Below are positions 51,347 to 59,806 of a stretch of 64,000 nucleotides of DNA, piece by piece. The stretch is from positions 5,764-69,763 of the forward strand of contig MIAO01000136.1 of the NCBI GenBank assembly GCA_001829155.1, read 5' to 3'. The translations under genes were made by a program, and so were the position numbers. How positions within the stretch are numbered: the first letter of the stretch is position 1; every line of letters begins with the position of its first letter. The DNA comes from Spirochaetes bacterium GWB1_36_13. Its GTDB lineage: Bacteria > Spirochaetota > GWB1-36-13. The notes beneath the pieces are model-generated. The model was not told the origin of the DNA, ran no database searches, and worked only from the letters and a program-made list of their open reading frames with translations.

Positions 51347-52144
51347 TTATTTTGCGATTCCGCCAGTATGGCAAAGACCGCCAGTAATTTCGATTGTAGT
51401 TGCGTTGATCGCTTCGTTTTTGCAGATATAAGTAATTAAATCTGCAATTTCTTCAGGCTCAATCAATCTTCCAAGATGAACATCTGGAAGAACAACTTCG
51501 TTTAAGTATTTTTGATCCATTCCTTTTACCATCGGAGTTCCAACATATCCTGGAGCAATTCCGACTACACGAATGTTTTTGATTTTTCTTTTATTAAACT
51601 CACCAATGAGGATTTTTGGGAAAAGAGCATCAGAAACTTTTGTAGAAGAATAGTTTAACTGACCGATTTGTCCAACTTTATTAACAGAAGAAATAGTGAA
51701 GATCACACCTTGAGAGCCAGTGTTGACCATTGCTTCTGCCGCGTCTCTTACGCTTAAGAATGTACCAGTCAAGTTAACATCAAGAACTGCCTGCCATTGA
51801 GCAAGAGTCATTTTTTTTGCTACTTTTCCAGTTTCTTTGTCAAGAGTTAAAAGCATTCCATCTTTGATAATTCCAGCACATGGAACCATAATATTTAATT
51901 TTCCGTATGCATCGATAGCTGTTTTGATCATTTTTGCAGTATCGTCTTCTTTTGTTACATTCACTTGAACTGTGATTGCTTCTCCGCCTGCACTTTTAAT
52001 TTCAGATTGAACTCTTTTCAGACCGTCTTCGTTCATATCAGCGAGAACAACTTTCGCACCATCAGAAGCCAGTCTTTTTGCAACAGCTTCACCGATTCCG
52101 TTACCACCGCCAGTGATAATAGCAACACTTCCTTTGATTTCCAT
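51347..52144 (-). CDS. Short-chain dehydrogenase/reductase (3-oxoacyl-ACP reductase-like)
   Basis: TGGGNGIGEAVAKRL Rossmann motif and catalytic YSSTK (YxxxK). The track ORF extends a further 28 codons upstream (to 52228), which is probably spurious; the start is placed at MEIKG. Confidence 0.8.
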   Translation of the reverse strand: MEIKGSVAIITGGGNGIGEAVAKRLASDGAKVVLADMNEDGLKRVQSEIKSAGGEAITVQVNVTKEDDTAKMIKTAIDAYGKLNIMVPCAGIIKDGMLLTLDKETGKVAKKMTLAQWQAVLDVNLTGTFLSVRDAAEAMVNTGSQGVIFTISSVNKVGQIGQLNYSSTKVSDALFPKILIGEFNKRKIKNIRVVGIAPGYVGTPMVKGMDQKYLNEVVLPDVHLGRLIEPEEIADLITYICKNEAINATTIEITGGLCHTGGIAK

Positions 52145-52240
52145 CAAAAACTCCTTAATTTTTTTTTTATTGATTAAAAATTTAGCATAAATTAATATAA
52201 ATATATAATTTTTCTTTGTTTTTTTCAAAACTTTTTCCGT

Positions 52241-53701
52241 TTATTTTTTAATATCCATCCCGACAATGCAAATATCATCTTCAAAAATATCTTTCTCACA
52301 ATGCAAAAGCAGCTGATAATGAATCAATTCTATTAATTTTTTAATAGACAGGTGAGAATTTTTCCGGATTGTACGATAAAAAATATCTTCAAACTCTTCT
52401 TTATCCGGATTCAATGCTTCTGTCAAGCCATCTGTATAAAAAATAATTTTATCATTGGGCTTTAACTGTATTTCAAATTCATGAAATGATATTTTTTCAA
52501 AAACCCCCAGCATAAAACTCGCTTTATGATCCAGAAAAATCAGTTCTTTGTCCCTGATAATAACAGGCGAAGGATGAGCGCATTTTGTATAACGCATTTT
52601 CCGGGTTAAAGTGTGATAGACTCCATAAAAAACTGTAAGAAAATTTTCATTGACTTTATTTAAAAGTTCTTTATTTAAATAAGCGCAAATATCAACAGGA
52701 TTTTTAATTTTATCTCCCGCAGTTGTCAGCAATACTTTCACCATACTGGTGATAAAGGCGGCAGGAACGCCATGCCCTGAAACATCGCTGATAAAAATGC
52801 CGATTTCATCTCCTGTCTCAAAAAAATCAAAAAAATCTCCTCCCACATCTTCCATCGGTTTATAAAAAAAAGAAATTTCAGCGCCTTTCACAATCGGCTC
52901 TTTTGAAGGAAGCAGGTTCTTTTGAATTTGTTCTGCTAAAAAAAGTTCTCTCTGCATATTTTTTTCAAATGCCCGGAGATGAGTAATATCATTGAGCATA
53001 GCAATGTATTTTAATGTTTTTCCTTCTTCATTTTTCAATGATTTTATAGTCAGAAATTCAAGATACTGTTCACCATTTTTTCTCTTGTTCCATATTTCTC
53101 CCTTCCATTCTCCTTTTTGAGTAAGCGATTTCCACATAAATTGATAAAACTCATCCGGATGACGGCCTGATTTTAAAATTTTAGGATTTTTCCCAACCGC
53201 TTCATTTTCATGATATCCGGTAATTGAGGTAAAAGAAGGATTTACTTTTAAAATAGTTCCCTTTGCATCGGTAATCACAATTCCCTCGATTGAGTTTTCA
53301 AAAAGTTCTTCCGCCATTTTTAAAAGTTCTTTTTTTTCATTGACCGTTTCCTGTACTGTGCAGATAATATATTCTTTTCCAGACAGAAAAAAACAAGACA
53401 GTGAAATCAGAAAGGAAAAATCTTGCCGGCTTTTGGGAATTTTTATTTCCAGAAAGACTTCTGTTTTTTTTAATTGTTTGTTTTTTAAATCTTTGATCGC
53501 ATTAAAAAGTTGATTTTTATTTTTTTCACAAAGAAAATCATTTAAATCCGGAAAAGAATTTTGATAAAAAATTTCCATTTCATGGATTAAAAAAGAAAAA
53601 TGCTGATTACTATAGATAATAGTTTCATTTTCCAGAAAAAAAACTGGCAAAGGAAAATGTTCCGTAAAATTAAAAATCTGTTCCATAAAAGACTTCTTCA
53701 T
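52241..53701 (-). CDS. PAS-domain protein phosphatase of the PP2C/SpoIIE (RsbU-like) family
   Basis: PAS (ELFENSIEGIVITDAKGTILKVNPSFTSITGY). PP2C region DVSGHGVPAAFITSMVK and DGLTEA. Confidence 0.85.
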   Translation of the reverse strand: MKKSFMEQIFNFTEHFPLPVFFLENETIIYSNQHFSFLIHEMEIFYQNSFPDLNDFLCEKNKNQLFNAIKDLKNKQLKKTEVFLEIKIPKSRQDFSFLISLSCFFLSGKEYIICTVQETVNEKKELLKMAEELFENSIEGIVITDAKGTILKVNPSFTSITGYHENEAVGKNPKILKSGRHPDEFYQFMWKSLTQKGEWKGEIWNKRKNGEQYLEFLTIKSLKNEEGKTLKYIAMLNDITHLRAFEKNMQRELFLAEQIQKNLLPSKEPIVKGAEISFFYKPMEDVGGDFFDFFETGDEIGIFISDVSGHGVPAAFITSMVKVLLTTAGDKIKNPVDICAYLNKELLNKVNENFLTVFYGVYHTLTRKMRYTKCAHPSPVIIRDKELIFLDHKASFMLGVFEKISFHEFEIQLKPNDKIIFYTDGLTEALNPDKEEFEDIFYRTIRKNSHLSIKKLIELIHYQLLLHCEKDIFEDDICIVGMDIKK

Positions 53702-53954
53702 TTTTTGTACTATAAATTTAATAATAACAAAAAGAAAAAGTATAATATAAAATTATAAATTCAAATATAAATTAATGAATATAAAATGCAAAATTGTCAT
53801 TCTGGTTTTTGCTTGCAAAAGACTGGAATCTGTAAATTAAAACACTTATTTTCAATAGATTACCGCCTTCATGGGAATAACAGAAAGGGTTTGTTTTTTT
53901 TGCAATTTAAAATCATTTCAGTATAGTTTTCTTTTTTTGACTCCGCTGGGAAAA

Positions 53955-54776
53955 TCAACTCATTACTTTTAAAATCCGGCAGTATATTTCGTTAATAGTA
54001 TATCCGCCTTCAGGACTTTGGCTGTTTGGATCTTCAGGTTCATATTTTCTGCTTTGAATTTGAGTAATTTCAACCAAAATCCGGCTGTCTTTTATCGTTT
54101 CAGGATTTCCCATTTTTTTTAAAAATTCTTTCTGATTAAAATAATAATAGGAATAGACAGCGCTTTTTACCTGAGAATCAGGAGAATAAATGATAAAATC
54201 ATTTTTTTGGCTTAAAAGCCCCGCACTGATATTTAAAACAACTGTCTCTACTTTTATCTCCGGAAAAAGCCTTTTTGAATGATAAGTATCATCTAATATT
54301 CCATCATAGGGGATTTCTTCTCCGGCCGGATTGACAAACTCAAACTCTTCAATCTGAAGCAGCCGTTTGAGGGAAAGATTTTGCACCTGCATCCTGAAAA
54401 GCCTGATACTGGGCACATCCTGCCATTCCATGGTATAGTGCCAGGCATCTACAATCTTTTGGTTTTTATCTACCTTGATCATCAAAATATTATGAAAAAT
54501 TACTTCCCGGTTTGGTTCATCATGAAAACTTGAAATAAAAGGCGCAATAAATTCATAAATCGTGTATTTTCCTTTTTTCAGTTTAAAAGTTCCTATCTGA
54601 AAATTTCCGTCTTTAGGGTAAGGAACCTCTATCTGATCGATTTTTTCAAAGAATTGAGAGTCAAAATCGCTTTTTTCTTTTACAGAAACCAGCTGATAAA
54701 TCATTTTCGCATTTAATACTGAAGCCATACCTAAAATTCCAAATAAAATAAACAGATATAAAATACTTTTTATCAT
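53955..54776 (-). CDS. Hypothetical exported or membrane-anchored protein (273 aa)
   Basis: N-terminal signal/anchor helix. No recognisable motif. It lies 18 nt downstream of the 554-aa ORF on the same strand. Confidence 0.55.
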   Translation of the reverse strand: MIKSILYLFILFGILGMASVLNAKMIYQLVSVKEKSDFDSQFFEKIDQIEVPYPKDGNFQIGTFKLKKGKYTIYEFIAPFISSFHDEPNREVIFHNILMIKVDKNQKIVDAWHYTMEWQDVPSIRLFRMQVQNLSLKRLLQIEEFEFVNPAGEEIPYDGILDDTYHSKRLFPEIKVETVVLNISAGLLSQKNDFIIYSPDSQVKSAVYSYYYFNQKEFLKKMGNPETIKDSRILVEITQIQSRKYEPEDPNSQSPEGGYTINEIYCRILKVMS

Positions 54777-54794
54777 CTTTTCATCCTTTTTTTA

Positions 54795-56459
54795 TTATAA
54801 CTGGATTCTCATAAGCCGTTCGATATTTCTTTTGCTTTCTTCCACCAGCATGTTTTTTTCTTTCAGCTTTTCAGATATTTTTTCATTCCCCAAAATAGAA
54901 AGAAATGTTCCTGCCAAGGTCACAATTTTGGTCATTTTTTCAAGAACTTTTTCTTCTTCTTCCGCTTGTATTTTATAATCAGAATAAGGAATAAATTTCT
55001 CAAACTGTTTATTGTTAATCGGGTTGTTTCTGGTCTTCAGTTTATCAAAAATTTCTTCTTTTGAGCAATTATAGGTCAAATTATAATCGATATAAATAAA
55101 ATTCACCATAGTTTCGAAAAATTCAAACAACAGCTCTTCCAGACGGCTGACAAGCAGACAGAATTTTTCATCTTTTTCTGATGAAACATGCCTGTTTTGA
55201 AGAATATATTGATGATAAGTGGAAAGAGTGATAAAAAGATATTTATAGGCTTCTCTTTGATAGTGGATTTCTTGTTTCAGTTCTTCCATTTTCGAAACAA
55301 GCGGTTCCCAGACAATCGAAAAAATCTGGGCTCTTTTCACATCTCCGTCTTTAAATACAGTGACTTCAGATATTAAAAGCGGTTTAGAATAATTTAAAAA
55401 AGCGGTTAAAAATTCATGGCAGGCGCTAATCAAATCAGCTGAAAAAAACTCTATTTTAAACCGGGGATTTAATTTTTCATTGATAAACTCAGCAATAATA
55501 TTATTGTTTTCATCTAAAATATGTTTCAGATAAAAAAGTTTTTTTTCTGATACTTTCTGTTTTTCTTTTATTTTTTCAACATACTGCTCTACTTCTGGTT
55601 TGATTTTTGGTATAAACAAATAACGGGTGATATCAACTTCCTTAATATCTTTAATATCAATAATTTTATTAACATCAATAACTTGATGATAACTGACAGT
55701 ATAAAGCATTAAAATAAAATTGATAAAAGAAAATTTCTTGTTTTTATCAAAAACAGCCTGAATAAAAAGAAGAAAAGAAAGCATTTCTTCGTTTTCCTGA
55801 TTTCCATAAAAAAGATAAATTCCTTCCCGGATAGAGCGGATGTATTCACGATTGCTCATAATAGTGAGATACTCTTGTTCAAAACTCTCAATGAATAAAA
55901 GGTTTTTATGCAGATTTTTTTTATCCACAATAAAATTTTTAACAAAATTTCTTAAAAATTCGTGGAGATAAAAAAACAGATTATAAACTTCAGGGGAAAG
56001 GATTTTCCATCCTTTTTCCAAAACTTTGTATAAAATAGGCAGGATCTGGATGATGGCATTGCTTTTTACTTCCTTTAAAAGTGAAACGCTTTCTTCCGAT
56101 ATTTGATAGGACAACCCCCAAAACTTTGGAACAACAATAGAAGTTTCATTAGCCATATGAATGATCTTTTTTCTGAAATGAAAAAAATACTGGAAAAAAG
56201 ATGTTTTTTTTAATTTTGGTTTTATTTTTTTCAGTTCTTCTCTTTCTTCCTGTTCAAAACCTTCTTTCGGTTTTTCTTGAAGAATCTTTTCATAAAGATT
56301 ATCAATTTCTTTTATCTTATTGATTCTGGCAATAATATTTTTCTCATGTTCCAGAATTTTTTTTACTTCCTGCTCTGCTGCCTTGCTTCTTTCTTTTTTA
56401 AAAAGATGGCTGTATTCAAAAAGTGTTGAAAGTTCATTCCTGTAAAACTTTTCATCCAT
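54795..56459 (-). CDS. Hypothetical cytoplasmic protein (554 aa)
   Basis: Long ORF, predicted largely helical, K/E-rich, with no NTPase, nuclease or other recognisable motif. Confidence 0.6.
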   Translation of the reverse strand: MDEKFYRNELSTLFEYSHLFKKERSKAAEQEVKKILEHEKNIIARINKIKEIDNLYEKILQEKPKEGFEQEEREELKKIKPKLKKTSFFQYFFHFRKKIIHMANETSIVVPKFWGLSYQISEESVSLLKEVKSNAIIQILPILYKVLEKGWKILSPEVYNLFFYLHEFLRNFVKNFIVDKKNLHKNLLFIESFEQEYLTIMSNREYIRSIREGIYLFYGNQENEEMLSFLLFIQAVFDKNKKFSFINFILMLYTVSYHQVIDVNKIIDIKDIKEVDITRYLFIPKIKPEVEQYVEKIKEKQKVSEKKLFYLKHILDENNNIIAEFINEKLNPRFKIEFFSADLISACHEFLTAFLNYSKPLLISEVTVFKDGDVKRAQIFSIVWEPLVSKMEELKQEIHYQREAYKYLFITLSTYHQYILQNRHVSSEKDEKFCLLVSRLEELLFEFFETMVNFIYIDYNLTYNCSKEEIFDKLKTRNNPINNKQFEKFIPYSDYKIQAEEEEKVLEKMTKIVTLAGTFLSILGNEKISEKLKEKNMLVEESKRNIERLMRIQL

Positions 56460-56585
56460 TCAATAAAATCCTTGTTATTCCTCAATTCTAAAAAAAATAT
56501 ATCGACTAAATTAAAAATAAAATTGAATGATTCTGATTTTAATTTTAGATTTAAAAAATCAATAGATTATTATAAATTTATAGGG

Positions 56586-56906
56586 TTAATTTTTTTCAAT
56601 CCAATCTTTAATTTCTTGTTTAAATTTTGCTAAAGAATTTTTCATATCCAAGAAAAGAGGTTTTAATTTATTCCAATCCAAGATATATTCATACGCATTT
56701 CTTTGAAAATGCCTAAAATCAAGATATTTTAAAAGCATTGTTGATAAATCTTGGCTTAAAACAGCCTTTCTTTTTTTATTATCCTGCATCATTTGTATGA
56801 GTAAATCCTTGTGCCATTTTTCACTTTTTGGAAAAAAAACTTCCAAATTTTTATCTATTTGAGATATTTCAAAATTAATTTTTTGAATTATTTCCTCATG
56901 CAACAC
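56586..56906 (-). CDS. HEPN-like nucleotidyltransferase-substrate-binding protein (putative TA toxin partner)
   Basis: 106 aa. It overlaps the upstream MNT gene by 11 nt. The C-terminal FRHFQRNAYEY region resembles HEPN/HI0074-type motifs; the assignment rests mostly on context. Confidence 0.5.
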   Translation of the reverse strand: MLHEEIIQKINFEISQIDKNLEVFFPKSEKWHKDLLIQMMQDNKKRKAVLSQDLSTMLLKYLDFRHFQRNAYEYILDWNKLKPLFLDMKNSLAKFKQEIKDWIEKN

Positions 56907-57202
56907 GAATCATTCCTTCGTTTTTTTCTATAAATTGAGCAAATTGGCTTTGAGGATCATCCAATTTAATCAAATGAAAATCATGTTTTAATAAAAACAT
57001 AAGCTTGCCTCCTATTTCAAAATACTTTCCTGATTCAAGACCTCTTACAGCAAAATCAATATCTGAATTTTCATAAAAAAATCCGTTTGCCAAAGAACCA
57101 AAAATAAATATTTCAGTACACCCTTCTTTCTTTAAATAAATCAATCGCTTTAAAAATATCTTCTTGAAAGTCTTCAGGGAGTGATTTCACAAACTCATTC
57201 AT
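56896..57202 (-). pseudogene. Minimal nucleotidyltransferase (MNT antitoxin-like), apparently frameshifted
   Basis: IFIFGSLANGFFYENSDIDFAV (GSx...DxD) in the frame running 56896..57144. A 29-codon ORF (57113..57202) with AGGAAA RBS and ATG, encoding MNEFVKSLPEDFQEDIFKAIDLFKE..., is in the adjacent frame. Removing one A from the aaagaaagaaggg run fuses them. Confidence 0.6.
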
Positions 57203-57424
57203 AGTTTCCTTCCTATTAAACTTTATTTTCTTCTTTTCGTTAATTCTAATAATGCTTAAAGAAAATATAAACTGCTCTTAAATCAAATTTAATACATCTT
57301 GAAGACTAAGTTATATACTGATGAAGATATTTTTAAAAATCGGTTTTTTTAAAGCTTTCTTTTTTATTAATTTTTAAGAAAGAGAAAGAATTTTTATCAA
57401 TAATCAATTTTTTAGGAAACAAGC

Positions 57425-57817
57425 GTGACAGAAGCACTGGAAGACTATGTTGAAGCAATTTACATCCTCAGGGGAAAAGATAAGACACCTGTGCGGATCA
57501 AAAACTTAGCTACTTATTTAAACCTGAATAAAACCACTGTGGTGGCAGCTGTCAAAAGACTTAAAGAAAGTAATCTGGTGAATCAGGAACACTACGGATA
57601 TATTTTTCTTACTGAAGACGGCGAAAAAAAAGCATTTGAAATCTATAACCGCCATAAAGTATTAAAAGCTTTTCTGATGGAAGTAGTGAAAGTGGATGAA
57701 AAAACGGCTGAAGAAGAAGCCTGTAAAATGGAACATATTTTAAGTCAGGAAACAATCTATAAAATGAATCTGATGATTAAAAAAAAGCCAATTCTTAAAG
57801 AGACCAAGCCTTCATGA
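57425..57817 (+). CDS. DtxR/MntR family metal-dependent transcriptional regulator
   Basis: ALEDYVEAIYIL...TPVRIKNLATYLNLNKTTVVAAVKRLKESNLV (wHTH), then a metal-binding helix region with H/E/C. GTG start. Confidence 0.8.
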   Translation: MTEALEDYVEAIYILRGKDKTPVRIKNLATYLNLNKTTVVAAVKRLKESNLVNQEHYGYIFLTEDGEKKAFEIYNRHKVLKAFLMEVVKVDEKTAEEEACKMEHILSQETIYKMNLMIKKKPILKETKPS

Positions 57818-58554
57818 AAAAACTCTATTTTTTCTTATTTTGTTTTTCTTTTTTACCTTTCCGGATGCTTGTCAGTCAGGAAATTATTCTGGCTACTGGA
57901 GAATGGGGGGTTTTATCTTCCAATCAGCTTTCGGATAAGGGGCTGGTTTCAGCTCTTGTTTCCCTTGTTTTTAAAAAAATGGATAAAAATATTTCACTTC
58001 AGTTTTATAACTGGAAAACCTGTCTTACAATGACTGAAAAATCAGAGATTTTTGCTTCTTTTCCTTTTGTTTACAATGAAATTGATTCCTCATTTGTCCT
58101 TTATTCTGAACCTCTTTTTTACCATAACCTGAAATTTTTTTATGTTAAAAAACTGAAAAAAACGGATATTCAATCCATTGATGACTTAAAAGACTCTAAA
58201 ATCGGCAGCGTTGAAGGAGCCTATTACGAAAAGAAACTGAGAGAAAAAAATATTTCACTCACCCTCTACCCAGACCTTGAGACGGCTTTGATCCGCCTTT
58301 TAAATGGAGAAATCGATCTTCTGCCCGTAAATGAATCAGAGGGATGGGAACTCATCAAAAAAATACCGCCCGTGAAAGGCAAAACCTTTAAAACTCTGGA
58401 TTTTATTTTTAATCAATTGGATTTAAGGCTTTTAGTCTCAAAAAACTATCCCGAAGCTGAAAAAATTTTAAAAGATTTTAATCAGGCTTTGATAAAAGTG
58501 AAAAAATCGAAAGAATACAGGCAGCTCTTAAGTAAATACAAAATTGAGGAATAA
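57814..58554 (+). CDS. Periplasmic solute-binding protein (family 3 SBP-like)
   Basis: Signal peptide and a bilobed SBP_bac_3-like pattern. The start overlaps the regulator stop. Confidence 0.7.
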   Translation: MKKLYFFLFCFSFLPFRMLVSQEIILATGEWGVLSSNQLSDKGLVSALVSLVFKKMDKNISLQFYNWKTCLTMTEKSEIFASFPFVYNEIDSSFVLYSEPLFYHNLKFFYVKKLKKTDIQSIDDLKDSKIGSVEGAYYEKKLREKNISLTLYPDLETALIRLLNGEIDLLPVNESEGWELIKKIPPVKGKTFKTLDFIFNQLDLRLLVSKNYPEAEKILKDFNQALIKVKKSKEYRQLLSKYKIEE

Positions 58555-59797
58555 ATTGAAACGATTTATTGTTTTTCTGATTTTTTTATTATCAGCCTCT
58601 TTTTTGCAAGGAGAAGGGCTTGACCCTCTCATGCCTGAAATTACGGTAAAATTTGAAACCAACCCTTCGGGAGCCAAAGTTTATTTTGATACAGAAGGAA
58701 AAGGAAACTTGAAATACCTCGGAGTTTCGCCCGTAAGTGCGAAGGTTCAGATTGGTTCTGAAAAAGATTTCAGGGAAATCCGAATCGAAAAAGACGGCTT
58801 TATTACTTTAAAAGACAGTTTTTACAGCAAAAAAAACGCAAGTTTAGTCTATGCCCTTGAAAAACCTTTTTCTGCTCCTCTTTCTATCATCACAGACCCG
58901 CCCGATGCTCAGGTTTTTATTAAAACAGATGGAAATTACGGATTTTTAGGGAAAACTCCTCTCAGAACAGAAGTCTCTTATGGAAAAATTGAGCTTAAAA
59001 TTATAAAAGACGGCTACGCCGACAAGTTTATCCTGCTTCCTGAAGCAGAAAAAGCTTTTGAAATCGAGAGCGTTTTAGTCCGAGCCGGATTTTTAAACAT
59101 CGATTCAACTCCAGGCGATACAACGGTTTATCTGAATGGAACTCTTATTGGGAACACACCGCTTCAAAAGATTAAAATCCCCAGCCGGGAAACTCATATC
59201 CTGACTTTCAAGAAAAAAGGTTTTAAAACTCAAAATATCAGCGTTTCAGTGGAACCGGATCAAGAACTTTCTGTTTACCCCCTTCTTGCCCCCGGATTTG
59301 ATATTGAACGCTTTCAGATTGCTCCTGTGGTTGGTTTTTTTGACCACCCCGATTTTTACGATCTTTATCACTCTTTTTACGGGGTGGAGGCAGAATACTG
59401 GTTTGAACAGGATAAACCCGTTACCTGGTACACTAATGCAACTTTGATTACAACCGGAATGGGGCAGACAGGGATCGTAGAAAAGGGAAGGCTCTGGTTT
59501 CTTCACACCGCTTTTGGAATCGGATACACGGATTATCTTTCGATCAATGACTGGAACTTTCTTCCTTTCGCCGGAATCGGTTTGAGCTTGAATTTTTTAC
59601 ACGAGTCTGTTATCATCAAGAACAAAGGCTACTCAACCTTTTTTCCTGGATTTGCGGTTGAACTCAATCTAGGAACCTGCATTGATTTAGATCGTTATTT
59701 CGGGATTTATTTAGGGTATCGTTTTGACGCTACGATTCTGGGAAAAGATATGATGAGCATGTACGGACATTTTTTCAGAGTCGGAATTATTTTTTAG
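58544..59797 (+). CDS. PEGA-domain protein with a C-terminal beta-barrel-like region
   Basis: Signal peptide. Three PEGA-like repeats (TNPSGAKVYFD, TDPPDAQVFIKTDG, STPGDTTVYLNGTLIGNTPL). The C-terminus RVGIIF ends in Phe. TTG start at 58544 or 58556. Confidence 0.7.
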   Translation: MRNKLKRFIVFLIFLLSASFLQGEGLDPLMPEITVKFETNPSGAKVYFDTEGKGNLKYLGVSPVSAKVQIGSEKDFREIRIEKDGFITLKDSFYSKKNASLVYALEKPFSAPLSIITDPPDAQVFIKTDGNYGFLGKTPLRTEVSYGKIELKIIKDGYADKFILLPEAEKAFEIESVLVRAGFLNIDSTPGDTTVYLNGTLIGNTPLQKIKIPSRETHILTFKKKGFKTQNISVSVEPDQELSVYPLLAPGFDIERFQIAPVVGFFDHPDFYDLYHSFYGVEAEYWFEQDKPVTWYTNATLITTGMGQTGIVEKGRLWFLHTAFGIGYTDYLSINDWNFLPFAGIGLSLNFLHESVIIKNKGYSTFFPGFAVELNLGTCIDLDRYFGIYLGYRFDATILGKDMMSMYGHFFRVGIIF

Positions 59798-59806
59798 AGG
59801 GAAGAG

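Noticed and set aside
51347-52228. Extended N-terminus (28 codons, MKKTKKNYIFILIYAKF...) of the SDR ORF, considered as a signal peptide
   Set aside because: Classical SDRs begin at the Rossmann motif. The extension runs through AT-rich upstream sequence, and an internal Met directly precedes TGGGNGIG.
53702-53954. 253-bp spacer upstream of the PAS-PP2C gene, checked for hairpins or a riboswitch
   Set aside because: Only weak, imperfect inverted repeats were found. Nothing is distinguishable from AT-rich promoter DNA by eye.
56586-56906. Classification of the HEPN-like ORF as a bona fide HepT with the Rx4-6H motif
   Set aside because: The expected R-x(4-6)-H-x-Y spacing is not present in FRHFQRNAYEY. 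Only the generic 'HEPN-like, by context' call is retained.
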